Below are positions 37,193-46,771 of a stretch of DNA of 62,811 bases, one piece after another. Source of the DNA: Thermoplasmatales archaeon. GTDB taxonomy: Archaea; Thermoplasmatota; E2; DHVEG-1. Numbering within the stretch: position 1 is the first letter of the stretch; every line of letters starts with the position of its first letter. The position numbers and the translations under genes are program-made. The notes below the pieces were generated by a model, which ran no database searches, had not been told where the DNA came from, and was given only the letters and a program-made list of their open reading frames with translations. Location of the stretch: assembly GCA_020350365.1 (NCBI GenBank), contig CP070712.1:1-62811 (forward strand), given 5' to 3'.

Positions 37193-38377
37193 TTATTTTT
37201 TGGTTTTTATTAAATTCTTACCAATTTTTTTAGCATTATTCAAATCATCTTCATTAGGAATGTAATTAATATTAATCGATTCTTCAGGTAGTTCCCAATG
37301 AAGCTCCTTTAATATTTTTTCAATTTCACCTACCGCCTGACCTCCCCAACCATAGGAACCAAATACAAATCCAATGCGATTCCTTGGTCTAAGACCTTTA
37401 AGATAAGTTAGAAATCCTCCCATTGAGGGTAGCATTGTGTTATTGATTGTTGGTGATCCAAGAAGAATATATTTTGATGATATTACATCTGTAATTATAT
37501 CTGATATATCTGTGCTTTTTAAATTTCTAATAATTATTGGGATTCCTGTCTCTTCAATTCCTTCAGCAATAGCAAACGCTATTTTTTCTGTTGATCCCCA
37601 CATCGAATCATAAACAATTAAAGCTTTATTCTCGGTTTCGTAATTCGCCCATTTTGTATATTCTTTTAATATATCTGGAATTAAAGAGCGCCAAACTATT
37701 CCATGGCTTGGAGCTATCATATCTATATCAAGACCACTTACTGCATCCAATGCCTTTTTTACTTGATCTCCATAGGGCATAACGATATTTGCATAATATT
37801 TAGTTGCTTCTTCCTTTAAAATCCCCCATTCAATCTCATCGTCAAACCTCTCTATTGTAGCTATATGTTGACCAAATGCATCATTTGGAAGTAATAGTTT
37901 ATCACTAGGAATATATGTGACCATTGAGTCTGGCCAATGAACCATTGGTATATGTACAAAATGAAGAGTTCTTTTTCCAATATTTAGAGTATCACCAGAT
38001 TTTACAACCTTAAAATTTAAATCTTTTTTATAATGTAAACGCAATCCCTTTTCTCCGCGTGTTGATGTAATAACAGTTGCATTTGGGCAATGTTCAAGCA
38101 TCTTTAAAATTGAACCGGAGTGGTCCATCTCAACATGATTTGAAACGATATAGTCAATATTTAATGGATCAACAATTTCCTTAATTCTAGCAAGCATCTC
38201 ATCAAATAGATAATGTTTGACCGTATCAACTAGAGTAATTTTCTTGTCAATTATTAAATAAGCATTGTAAGAAGTTCCTCTTTTTGTGGAATATCCATGA
38301 AAATTTCTAAGATTCCAATCAATTCCACCAACCCAATAAATATCAGGTTTTATCTGAATTTTTTTCAGTATTATCAC
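37193..38377 (-). CDS. fprA: Flavodiiron protein (FprA/ROO-type O2/NO reductase)
   Basis: Metallo-beta-lactamase-like diiron domain ([10 protein letters not shown]) plus a C-terminal flavodoxin domain ([10 protein letters not shown]). GTG start overlapping the upstream stop. Confidence 0.85.
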   Translation of the reverse strand: MIILKKIQIKPDIYWVGGIDWNLRNFHGYSTKRGTSYNAYLIIDKKITLVDTVKHYLFDEMLARIKEIVDPLNIDYIVSNHVEMDHSGSILKMLEHCPNATVITSTRGEKGLRLHYKKDLNFKVVKSGDTLNIGKRTLHFVHIPMVHWPDSMVTYIPSDKLLLPNDAFGQHIATIERFDDEIEWGILKEEATKYYANIVMPYGDQVKKALDAVSGLDIDMIAPSHGIVWRSLIPDILKEYTKWANYETENKALIVYDSMWGSTEKIAFAIAEGIEETGIPIIIRNLKSTDISDIITDVISSKYILLGSPTINNTMLPSMGGFLTYLKGLRPRNRIGFVFGSYGWGGQAVGEIEKILKELHWELPEESININYIPNEDDLNNAKKIGKNLIKTKK

Positions 38378-39066
38378 TCCTTACTAAATGATGTCTTTGG
38401 TGCGCCACAAACAGGACAGACCCAATCATTTGGAATATCTTCAAACTTGGTTCCAGGTTGAACTCCATTGTCTGGATCTCCTTTCTCAGGGTCATATACA
38501 TAACCACATACATCACAAACATATTTGTCCATTTTTTTCTCCTCCTTAATTTTTTTATCAACTGCACGGAAATAGGTTGGTGCAGTTTTTGGTGAATAAC
38601 CACCTTTTACCTCATGATAATATTCATATGTCATTGGATTTTCTTCGCTTAGGATATCTGCATCTAGAACATTAGCGCAAAAAATTGTATGAGTACCTAT
38701 ATCAATATTATCAATTAAACTACATTCAATAAAACCCAATGAGTTATCCAGAATAATTGGTGCTTTTGTTTTTCCTATTTTGTAATTTATGCCATTAAAT
38801 TTATCAATATCTCTTCCAGATTTAAAACCAAATGTTCCTATGAATTTCATCGGTGTATTTTCAGGTAGAATAGATATTGTAAAAACCTTACTTTTGAGAA
38901 TGAAGTCATGTGTTAGATTCTGTTTATTTATTGAAACTGCAACTGTAGGTGGTTCTGATGTAACTTGAAATATTGCGTTTGCAATTTGACCATTTTTTTT
39001 ATTGCTATTAATTGATGAAACAACATAAAGTCCATATGAGATTTTATGAAGTGTCTTGCGATTCAT
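38374..39066 (-). CDS. hrb: High-molecular-weight rubredoxin (flavin reductase-like domain fused to rubredoxin)
   Basis: Flavin-reductase fold at the N-terminus. C-terminal [43 protein letters not shown]. Confidence 0.8.
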   Translation of the reverse strand: MNRKTLHKISYGLYVVSSINSNKKNGQIANAIFQVTSEPPTVAVSINKQNLTHDFILKSKVFTISILPENTPMKFIGTFGFKSGRDIDKFNGINYKIGKTKAPIILDNSLGFIECSLIDNIDIGTHTIFCANVLDADILSEENPMTYEYYHEVKGGYSPKTAPTYFRAVDKKIKEEKKMDKYVCDVCGYVYDPEKGDPDNGVQPGTKFEDIPNDWVCPVCGAPKTSFSKE

Positions 39067-39070
39067 TTTT

Positions 39071-39481
39071 TTACCTTCTCTTTTTTAAACAGGTTTTACA
39101 AATTCCTTTTAAATATCCATGGATTTCTTCAATTTGATGTCCATATTTTTTCATTTTTTCAATATTTGAACATTTTAATTCCACATCAACAACACATCCA
39201 CAATTTTTACAGTAAAAATGATGATGCATACCATGATTTAAATCATATCTCAATTCATTTCCAGAAATTGTAAGTGATTGTATAATTCTATGTTTGTTTA
39301 ATGTCTCTAGTGCATTATATACAGTTGTTTTTGATAACGATGGATGTTTCTTTTTTAGGTATGAATAAATCTCATCAGCTGTTGGATGTGTACAATTCTT
39401 ATCCAAATACTCCAATACAATTAGCCTTTGTGGAGTAATTTTTATATGGTTATTTTTTAATACTTTTACATATTTATCCAA
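39071..39481 (-). CDS. perR: Fur family regulator, PerR-like
   Basis: [27 protein letters not shown]. Sits at the upstream end of the ROS-defence cluster. Confidence 0.75.
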   Translation of the reverse strand: MDKYVKVLKNNHIKITPQRLIVLEYLDKNCTHPTADEIYSYLKKKHPSLSKTTVYNALETLNKHRIIQSLTISGNELRYDLNHGMHHHFYCKNCGCVVDVELKCSNIEKMKKYGHQIEEIHGYLKGICKTCLKKRR

Positions 39482-39512
39482 TCATTTCACCCATCATTGT
39501 GTAATAATTACT

Positions 39513-39533
39513 AAATTGTAATCATTACAATTT
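39513..39533. promoter_or_regulatory. Candidate Fur/PerR box (perfect 10-1-10 palindrome)
   Basis: AAATTGTAAT-C-ATTACAATTT, 32 nt upstream of the Fur-family start codon. The TTGTAATCATTACAA core resembles 7-1-7 Fur/PerR boxes. Confidence 0.55.
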
Positions 39534-39591
39534 AACACGTAATACAAAATGGTTATTTAAAGTTTTCGATTATTAATTATGATGAAAACCA

Positions 39592-39801
39592 CTAACAAGA
39601 ACTATGCTCAACTGCTTCATTAGGACATGAACTTACACATGCACAGCATTCAATACATTCCCCAATGTTCTTACATACTGCTTTGCCATCTTTTAATTCA
39701 AATATCTCAACTGGACAAGCAGTAATACATTCGCCAGCACCAGTACATTTGTCCAGATCAATGATAATTTTAATATCTCCTTCCTCATATTCTTTTTTCA
39801 T
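39592..39801 (-). CDS. 2x[4Fe-4S] ferredoxin
   Basis: 69 aa from the ATG at 39801. CTGAGECITACP and CIECCACVSSCP. Confidence 0.75.
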   Translation of the reverse strand: MKKEYEEGDIKIIIDLDKCTGAGECITACPVEIFELKDGKAVCKNIGECIECCACVSSCPNEAVEHSSC

Positions 39802-39955
39802 TGTAATACAACCCCCATTTTGACAAATTACCATAAATAAAAAGAAGTATTTTAGGGTTACGAATTTAAGTAAAAATAAATATTTTTTAGGCAATTATTT
39901 ATATTATAAAAAAAATGGTTAAAGTTTAAACACTCATCATATATTTCTATTTTAG

Positions 39956-40969
39956 ATGGACTTTGTTTCGGGAGAAATTTTAACAAAAGATGGGTTAAGA
40001 AAAGGTTATATTGCTTTTGAAAAAAGAAAAATATTAGAAATAGGTAAAGGAAGACCTTTAAAGAAGCCAGTATGTAAGGGTTTAATCATTCCATCTATTG
40101 TTAACTCTCATACGCATATCGGAGATTCTTTTATAAAACAAAAAAAGATAAAATTACCAAAAAACGTAGAAAAACTTGTTGCACCACCTGAAGGTTTAAA
40201 ACATAAATTATTAAGAAAGGCATCAGACAATGATATCATAAAAGGAATGGAAAAATCAATTGATATGATGATAAAAAATGGAACAAAATATTTTTGTGAT
40301 TTTAGAGAAAATGGAATCTTAGGTATAAACCAATTAAAAACTGCTTTACATTTATTAAAAATAAAATGTTTAATCTTATCAAGACCAAACTCGCTTGAAT
40401 ATGATAAGAAAGAATTAGATTTATTATTAAAAGATTCCAATGGAATTGCTCTTAGCAGTATTTCTGATTGGGATTATTCAGAATTAAAAAAAGTGGTGAA
40501 AGACACAAAGGATAAAAAAAAGATTTTTGCACTTCATGCAAGTGAAATCATAAGAGAAAACATTGATGATATTCTTGATTTAAAACCAAATTTTTTAGTC
40601 CATATGATTAAAGCTTCTGAATCTGATCTTACTAGAGTAAAAGAAATGAACATCCCAATTGTAATATGTCCCAGAGCTAATTCATTTTTTGGATTAAGGC
40701 CTGATTATAAATTATTAAAGAAAGTAAAAAATGATATTTTGATTGGAACTGATAATGCAATGATAAATTCTCCAATTATTTTAGAGGAAATTAAATATAT
40801 TAGATCTGTTACAAAAGAATTTTCAATATTAAATCTTTTGTATATTGTAACATATAATGCAAGGAAAGCTTTAAATCTAGATTGTGACATTCTCTGTCCC
40901 AATTCTAAGGCTGACTTTATTGTATTGAATAAAAAATCATTAAAGCCTTTGTATGTTTCCGATTGGTGA
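39956..40969 (+). CDS. Amidohydrolase-family metal-dependent hydrolase
   Basis: SHTHIGDS (HxH) motif, HASE, and a GTDN-type C-terminal Asp region. Confidence 0.6.
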   Translation: MDFVSGEILTKDGLRKGYIAFEKRKILEIGKGRPLKKPVCKGLIIPSIVNSHTHIGDSFIKQKKIKLPKNVEKLVAPPEGLKHKLLRKASDNDIIKGMEKSIDMMIKNGTKYFCDFRENGILGINQLKTALHLLKIKCLILSRPNSLEYDKKELDLLLKDSNGIALSSISDWDYSELKKVVKDTKDKKKIFALHASEIIRENIDDILDLKPNFLVHMIKASESDLTRVKEMNIPIVICPRANSFFGLRPDYKLLKKVKNDILIGTDNAMINSPIILEEIKYIRSVTKEFSILNLLYIVTYNARKALNLDCDILCPNSKADFIVLNKKSLKPLYVSDW

Positions 40970-40984
40970 TATAGGGGGATATGT

Positions 40985-41824
40985 GTGAAAGTAGAAGAGG
41001 TAATGTCTGAAGATTTGATAGTTGGGTATGTTCCAGGAACAGTTAAGGATGCATTAAAGATACTTGCTAAGCATAACGTTTCAGGTATGCCTATTTTAAA
41101 GAAAGATACTAAGGTTGTTGTCGGGGTTTTAACAAGAACTGATATTTTTAGAAATCCTGAGGAAGATCAAATCGCTTTGATTATGAGTGACGACTTTCAT
41201 TATGTTGAAAAGGATAATGACATAAAAGATGCTGCAAAGCTTCTATACAACCATAGAATCCATGGCTTACCAGTAATTAACAATAGAAAGCACCTTATAG
41301 GTATTATAAGTCCAACAGATTTATTAAAAAATATTAATGATGGTATAACTGATAATATTGCTCAATATTTTACAAATTTAGTAGTTCCTATTTATCAGGA
41401 TACACCAATAAATATTGTGATGGAAATAGTAAATATTACACATGAAAACGCTCTTCCAGTTCTAGATGATGATCGAAAATTATCTGGAATTGTTACAGAT
41501 GGTGATTTATTTAAATTGAGTCATATTCGTGAAAGTGTTTCACAAACAAATCTAGGAATGGGTGGAGATGAAGATGCTTGGACATGGGAAGGAATAAGAG
41601 ATACTGTAAGACTTCATTATTCAACTCTTGAGGTATCATTACCACCAGTTCCTGTTAAAGAGATTATGATTTCAAATGTTGTAAAAGCTTACAAAAATAC
41701 TCCAGTTAATGAAGTTGCAGATAAAATGATAAAAAATCAAATTAGCCATATACCTGTTGTTGATGCAAACGATAGACTTCTTGGGATGGTTACTGATATT
41801 GATCTTATGGCCTGTATGATTTAA
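40985..41824 (+). CDS. CBS domain protein (four CBS motifs)
   Basis: Repeated V.D.M....V........A...L......G.PV.D patterns. Confidence 0.75.
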   Translation: MKVEEVMSEDLIVGYVPGTVKDALKILAKHNVSGMPILKKDTKVVVGVLTRTDIFRNPEEDQIALIMSDDFHYVEKDNDIKDAAKLLYNHRIHGLPVINNRKHLIGIISPTDLLKNINDGITDNIAQYFTNLVVPIYQDTPINIVMEIVNITHENALPVLDDDRKLSGIVTDGDLFKLSHIRESVSQTNLGMGGDEDAWTWEGIRDTVRLHYSTLEVSLPPVPVKEIMISNVVKAYKNTPVNEVADKMIKNQISHIPVVDANDRLLGMVTDIDLMACMI

Positions 41825-41875
41825 ATCCCATAATTTCATTTAACTTTTCAGTTTAGGAGTTGGAGACTTTAATTT

Positions 41876-43525
41876 ATGCCGTTGGATACTTATGATAAAA
41901 TAATGATGCTTGCTAAAAGAAGAGGTTTTATCTATCCTTCATTTGAAATTTATGGAGGTGTCGCAGGTTTTTATGATTATGGACCATTAGGTTCACGTTT
42001 AAAATTGAACATCGAAAACCTTTGGCGTAGCTTCTATATTTTAAAGGATAACTGTATTGAGATTAGTACTCCAACTATCACACTGTATGAAGTATTAAAT
42101 GCCTCTGGTCATGTTGATGAATTTACCGATCTTACTGTTGACTGTAAAAAATGTAATCAATCATATAAAGTTGAAGATATCATTAACAATATTAGTGTTG
42201 ATGAGGCAATAAAGGAAAATAAAATAAAATGTCCAAATTGTAAAACAAATCTAAAAGATGCATATCCTATTAATTTAATGTTTTCAACAAAAATTGGATT
42301 TGGAAAAGTCAGAGATGCATTTCTCAGACCTGAAACAGCTCAAGGAATCTTTATTGATTTTCATCTCTTATATAGATATGTAAGAGAGAAACTACCTTTT
42401 GGTGTTATACAGGTGGGAAGAGGCTATAGAAATGAGGTTTCGCCCAGACAGGGTATCATTAGACTTAGAGAATTTTCTATGGCTGAAGCTGAAGTATTTA
42501 TAGATCCAGAAAATAAAACCCATCCAAATTTTAACAAGATAAAAAATTTGGAAATAAAACTTTTTGATAATATAAAAGAAATGAAAATATCTGTTGAAAA
42601 AGCAGTTGATAAAAATGTCATAAATAATCAGGCTCTAGCCTATTATATGATTCTTACTCAGGAATTTCTTTATTCTGCAGGAGTCGATCCTGAAAAGTTC
42701 AGATTTAGAAAACATTCAGATAATGAACTAGCCCACTATGCAACTGAATGTTGGGATGCAGAGCTTTTTAGTGAAAGGTTTGGGTGGATTGAGTGTGTTG
42801 GTATAGCAGATAGATCTGCTTATGATTTGCAATCTCATATAGATTCTTCAGGAAAAGACATGTATGCATTGAGAAAATATGAAGAACCAAAAATTGTTGA
42901 CGTGAAGAAAATAATCCCAAAAATGAATGAACTTGGTCCTCTTTTTAAGGGAAATGCTGGAAAAATAAAATCTATTCTTGAAAACCTGGAAATGGAAGAT
43001 TCAAAAAAGATAACTATTAATTTTGATGGTAAAGAAGTAGAAATTCCTAATAATTGTTATGAGATAGTTGAAACAAAAGAAAAGAAAATTGGCGATAAAT
43101 TCGTTCCGCACGTGATTGAACCATCTTATGGAATTGATCGGATTTTGTATTGTATAATTGAACACAGCTTTTTTGAAGGAAAAGAAAAAGATGAAGAATA
43201 TAAAATTTTAAAATTAAATCCGAAAATTGCCCCTATAAAAGTAGGCGTTCTTCCTTTAACAAATGATGACAGGCTTGTTAGTATTGCTTGTGAATTAGAT
43301 GACAATTTAAGAAATGCTGGAATTGAGACATATTATGATGATGGAGGTTCAATTGGTAGACGATATGCAAGAATGGATGAGGTCGGAACACCATTTTGCA
43401 TTACAATTGATCATGATTCTATTAAAGATAATTCTGTAACAATTAGAGATCGTGATACAACAAAACAAATAAGAAAAAAAATTGATGAACTTATTCCTTT
43501 TTTAAAAGAGAAAATTGATAACTAA
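41876..43525 (+). CDS. glyS: Glycine--tRNA ligase (archaeal/eukaryal-type class II)
   Basis: RRGFIYPSFEIYGGVAGFYDYGPLG, FRPETAQG, GRGYRNEVSPR, IEPSYGIDR. Confidence 0.9.
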   Translation: MPLDTYDKIMMLAKRRGFIYPSFEIYGGVAGFYDYGPLGSRLKLNIENLWRSFYILKDNCIEISTPTITLYEVLNASGHVDEFTDLTVDCKKCNQSYKVEDIINNISVDEAIKENKIKCPNCKTNLKDAYPINLMFSTKIGFGKVRDAFLRPETAQGIFIDFHLLYRYVREKLPFGVIQVGRGYRNEVSPRQGIIRLREFSMAEAEVFIDPENKTHPNFNKIKNLEIKLFDNIKEMKISVEKAVDKNVINNQALAYYMILTQEFLYSAGVDPEKFRFRKHSDNELAHYATECWDAELFSERFGWIECVGIADRSAYDLQSHIDSSGKDMYALRKYEEPKIVDVKKIIPKMNELGPLFKGNAGKIKSILENLEMEDSKKITINFDGKEVEIPNNCYEIVETKEKKIGDKFVPHVIEPSYGIDRILYCIIEHSFFEGKEKDEEYKILKLNPKIAPIKVGVLPLTNDDRLVSIACELDDNLRNAGIETYYDDGGSIGRRYARMDEVGTPFCITIDHDSIKDNSVTIRDRDTTKQIRKKIDELIPFLKEKIDN

Positions 43526-44853
43526 AAATCCTTTAGAGTCTTATCAATAATATTAATTGCTTCATCTATTTCATCTGAAGAGATTATTAGTGGTGGTCTG
43601 AATCTAATAGTTATTGCTCCACATCCAAGAACAATCAATCCATTTTGATATAATTTTTTTACAAGCTCGTCTCTTTTTTCAGGAGTAGTGCAGTCAAATG
43701 CACACATTAGACCAATTCCGCGAGCATTTGATATTTTTTCTGAATATTTTTGTGAAAGATTAATAATACCCTCCAACAGTCGTTTTCCTTGGGTTTCAGC
43801 ATTCTTTATCAGATTTTCTTCATCTATTACTTCCAGATACTTTTGACATCTAACCATATCAACAAGATTTCCACCCCAGGTGGAATTAAGCCTGCTTGAT
43901 ACAGTAAACACATTATCTTTGACTTCGTCAACAATGTCTCCGACCATAATTCCACAAACTTGTGTCTTTTTTCCAAAAGCAATAATGTCAGGCTTGAAAT
44001 CAAAATGTTGATATGCCCACATTTTTCCAGTAAGTCCTACTCCAGTTTGTATCTCATCTAAAATAAACATAATGTCATTATCATCACACAATCTTCTAAG
44101 TTCTTGGAAGAATTCTTTTCTAAAATGATTGTCACCACCCTCTGCTTGAATTGGTTCAATTATTATACCTGCAATATCATTTGGATTTTTTGAAAAAGCT
44201 TGTTCAATTTCTGTTACAGCTTTTTTTTCAAGCTTCTTCACTTTATCTAGATTTTCGTTAGTTAATGGAAATGTGATTTTTGGATTTGTTATTCGTGGCC
44301 AATTGAATTTTGTAAAGTATTTTATTTTATTTTGATTAAATGTATTTGTCATAGAAATTGTATAACCGGTTCTTCCATGAAATGCTTCTTTGAAATGAAT
44401 TATCTGTTTACCTTTTTCTTCACTTATTCCATTTGAAATATTTTTTCTTACTTTCCAGTCAAATGCAGTTTTTAAGGCATTTTCTATTGCAAGTGCTCCA
44501 CCGCTAACAAAAAAAAGGTGTTTGAAATATTTTGGCATTGCAATTTTTGCAAAACTATCAACAAACTCTGCCATCTCTATTGTATAAACATCTGAATTTG
44601 TAGGTTTGTTTATTGCAACTTCACCAATTTTTTTAATAAAATCAGGTGTATTGAGTTTAGGATGATTACAGCCTAGAGGAGATGTAGCAAAAAATGAAAA
44701 ACAATCAAGAAAATGTTTATTAAATCTTGAATCGTAGATCTTGCAACCATTACTTTTTTTTAAATCAAGTACGAGATCTAACCCATCAACAATCAAGTAT
44801 TTTGATAACGTTTCATGTACTTTTGAAGGTTCAATCGTCATAAATTTGTCCAC
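43522..44853 (-). CDS. lat: L-lysine 6-aminotransferase (class III aminotransferase)
   Basis: VHETLSKYLIVDGLDLVLDLKKSNG, KPTNSDVYT, FDWPRI, EPIQAEGGDNHF, DEIQTG, FGKKTQVCG and RLNSTWGGNLVDMVR match my recollection of actinobacterial LAT. Confidence 0.75.
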   Translation of the reverse strand: MDKFMTIEPSKVHETLSKYLIVDGLDLVLDLKKSNGCKIYDSRFNKHFLDCFSFFATSPLGCNHPKLNTPDFIKKIGEVAINKPTNSDVYTIEMAEFVDSFAKIAMPKYFKHLFFVSGGALAIENALKTAFDWKVRKNISNGISEEKGKQIIHFKEAFHGRTGYTISMTNTFNQNKIKYFTKFNWPRITNPKITFPLTNENLDKVKKLEKKAVTEIEQAFSKNPNDIAGIIIEPIQAEGGDNHFRKEFFQELRRLCDDNDIMFILDEIQTGVGLTGKMWAYQHFDFKPDIIAFGKKTQVCGIMVGDIVDEVKDNVFTVSSRLNSTWGGNLVDMVRCQKYLEVIDEENLIKNAETQGKRLLEGIINLSQKYSEKISNARGIGLMCAFDCTTPEKRDELVKKLYQNGLIVLGCGAITIRFRPPLIISSDEIDEAINIIDKTLKDF

Positions 44854-44947
44854 ATAAACTTTATTTTTAATCCTGTTAGAGCGGTATCTATACTAATTAT
44901 AAAATGATATCGGTATTCGTTATAATAAATAAGTTCAATAAATGATG

Positions 44948-46609
44948 TCAGAAAACTTTGATTAATAATAGTATTCGCTCCAGTATTGGAAAATGCTCAA
45001 GCAACAATTGTAACAATGTATTAAATATTGCTCTGTTTCTCGGAATAATTACCTCGAATTCACTCCAATTGCTTTCAAGATCATATTCATCAATGGCTTT
45101 AGCTTTAATCAAATAAGTTCCTTCTTCATTCCAAGTATGATTCAATGTTACTACTTTACCTGATAAAAAGTGTTTAGTCTCTGTAATTTTTCCATCACCC
45201 CAATCTACATAATACTTAATAGTCTGATTATCTGGATCAGTTGAAACAAATGTGAATTCGTAATCAATACCTTGTCTTCCACTAGAAGGACCATCAATCT
45301 CTGGATCAGTTGGAGGTGGATTAATCCCTGTTGAAAAAGTCCATTCAGGACTTGAATTTGATGCACCATGATTATCCCAAGCAACAACCCTCCAATAAAA
45401 ATCCTCAAATATTGGTAGTTCACCATAAGGATCATAACATGTGTAAGTCTGATGAGAAGAAACAAGAGGTGGATCTGGATTTGGTCCAAAATAAACATCA
45501 TAGACTACGTTATCGCAAATATCAGGATCGCCTCCGGTCCAGCATAGTACCTCGGTTACTGGTACATTTGTATCTCCATCAAAAGGATGAGGGTTACTAG
45601 GAGAATATGGTGGATGGTTTAGCATTGTAACATTCAATTGAGATGACCAATTACTCTTCTCTTCTAATGTATTCTTTGCCATTACACTAATACTATATTC
45701 ATCAGGATTACTCCAATTATGAGCTATTACACAAGTTTCATTAGAATTGTACCAATCGGTCCATTCGTCAACTTCAAAATCACCATTCCAATCCCAGCCA
45801 TATGATACATTTAAACCATTTGGATCAGCAGTTGATGTTGAGTAATTATGATCAATACAAATATATCCAGAAGTATTGCCAGATGGTTTAGAGGGTACAT
45901 CTGGTGGATTATAATTTGTGGGGGTGTACCATACAATATATGCCTTATCACTATCAAATACATAAGCACCATCAAGTTCTCCATTTATATAGCTGCGTGG
46001 ATTAAAATGTGAATAATGAAACGCCTCATCTCCATCATTATCAAAATCTTCATACCATTCAATCCATAAACAATCTAAGTATAATATTTCAAATAAAATA
46101 ACTCCAGTACAGTTTTCACTGAGATTATTCCAAATTATTTCCCATTCATAATAAAACCCACATCTTCGATAAAAAGATTGAGCATCAGGATTGCTACAGT
46201 TCATTCCATTAATATGTAATTCAAAATTATTCAAATCCCATGTATGGTTAGTATTGTCTGTTGCAAGAAGTCTGAACTGGTTAATCGTTCCATTGAAATA
46301 TTCATTATTATATTCCCATTCAAGCTCTCTGGGGGGATATAAAAAATATACATAATCACAACCATAAGGATAACTACCAAAAGATTTTTGGGAGTTATCA
46401 ATTGTTTCATAATATTTCCCTGCTGGTTGAGAATTTAAAATATTATTTTCTTCAATATCAGTATTTAGAGAAATCGAATTATTTATCCTTTTATCTCCAT
46501 ATATAACTGGAGTGAAACTCATAGTAATAAAAAGAATTATTATCAACACTATCAGAGTTTTACAAAACAAACCTCTCTTTTTGTCCATTATTTTCTTTGC
46601 CTCCCTCAT
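44948..46609 (-). CDS. Secreted protein: Fn3-like and PKD-like (WGDG) domains plus a C-terminal LLEHFPILERIL motif
   Basis: Signal anchor LIVLIIILFITMSF. YYVDWGDGKITETK. C-terminus RNRAIFNTLLQLLLEHFPILERILLLIKVF. Confidence 0.6.
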   Translation of the reverse strand: MREAKKIMDKKRGLFCKTLIVLIIILFITMSFTPVIYGDKRINNSISLNTDIEENNILNSQPAGKYYETIDNSQKSFGSYPYGCDYVYFLYPPRELEWEYNNEYFNGTINQFRLLATDNTNHTWDLNNFELHINGMNCSNPDAQSFYRRCGFYYEWEIIWNNLSENCTGVILFEILYLDCLWIEWYEDFDNDGDEAFHYSHFNPRSYINGELDGAYVFDSDKAYIVWYTPTNYNPPDVPSKPSGNTSGYICIDHNYSTSTADPNGLNVSYGWDWNGDFEVDEWTDWYNSNETCVIAHNWSNPDEYSISVMAKNTLEEKSNWSSQLNVTMLNHPPYSPSNPHPFDGDTNVPVTEVLCWTGGDPDICDNVVYDVYFGPNPDPPLVSSHQTYTCYDPYGELPIFEDFYWRVVAWDNHGASNSSPEWTFSTGINPPPTDPEIDGPSSGRQGIDYEFTFVSTDPDNQTIKYYVDWGDGKITETKHFLSGKVVTLNHTWNEEGTYLIKAKAIDEYDLESNWSEFEVIIPRNRAIFNTLLQLLLEHFPILERILLLIKVF

Positions 46610-46771
46610 ATTTTACATTGAATTGGAAATATATAAGTGTTTCAGCTAAACTGAAATAAATCTAACATTCAGAAAAAATAGTAAAAATAAGGAAATTAAA
46701 AAGTCATATCTTTCTTACTCAATGGTTAATTTTATCTTTGATTGGTTATCTTTTTAAATTACTAACTTAAT

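Noticed and set aside
38343-38603. An 86-aa ORF overlapping the Hrb rubredoxin-coding region in another frame.
   Set aside because: The same DNA encodes a textbook rubredoxin motif in the Hrb frame. The alternative frame has no recognisable features.
25492-39894. Possible selenocysteine (in-frame TGA) or pyrrolysine (TAG) recoding in the redox enzymes (peroxiredoxin, thioredoxin, Hcp, etc.).
   Set aside because: All active-site positions are encoded as Cys. No gene looks truncated at an in-frame TGA or TAG that would continue into a conserved domain.
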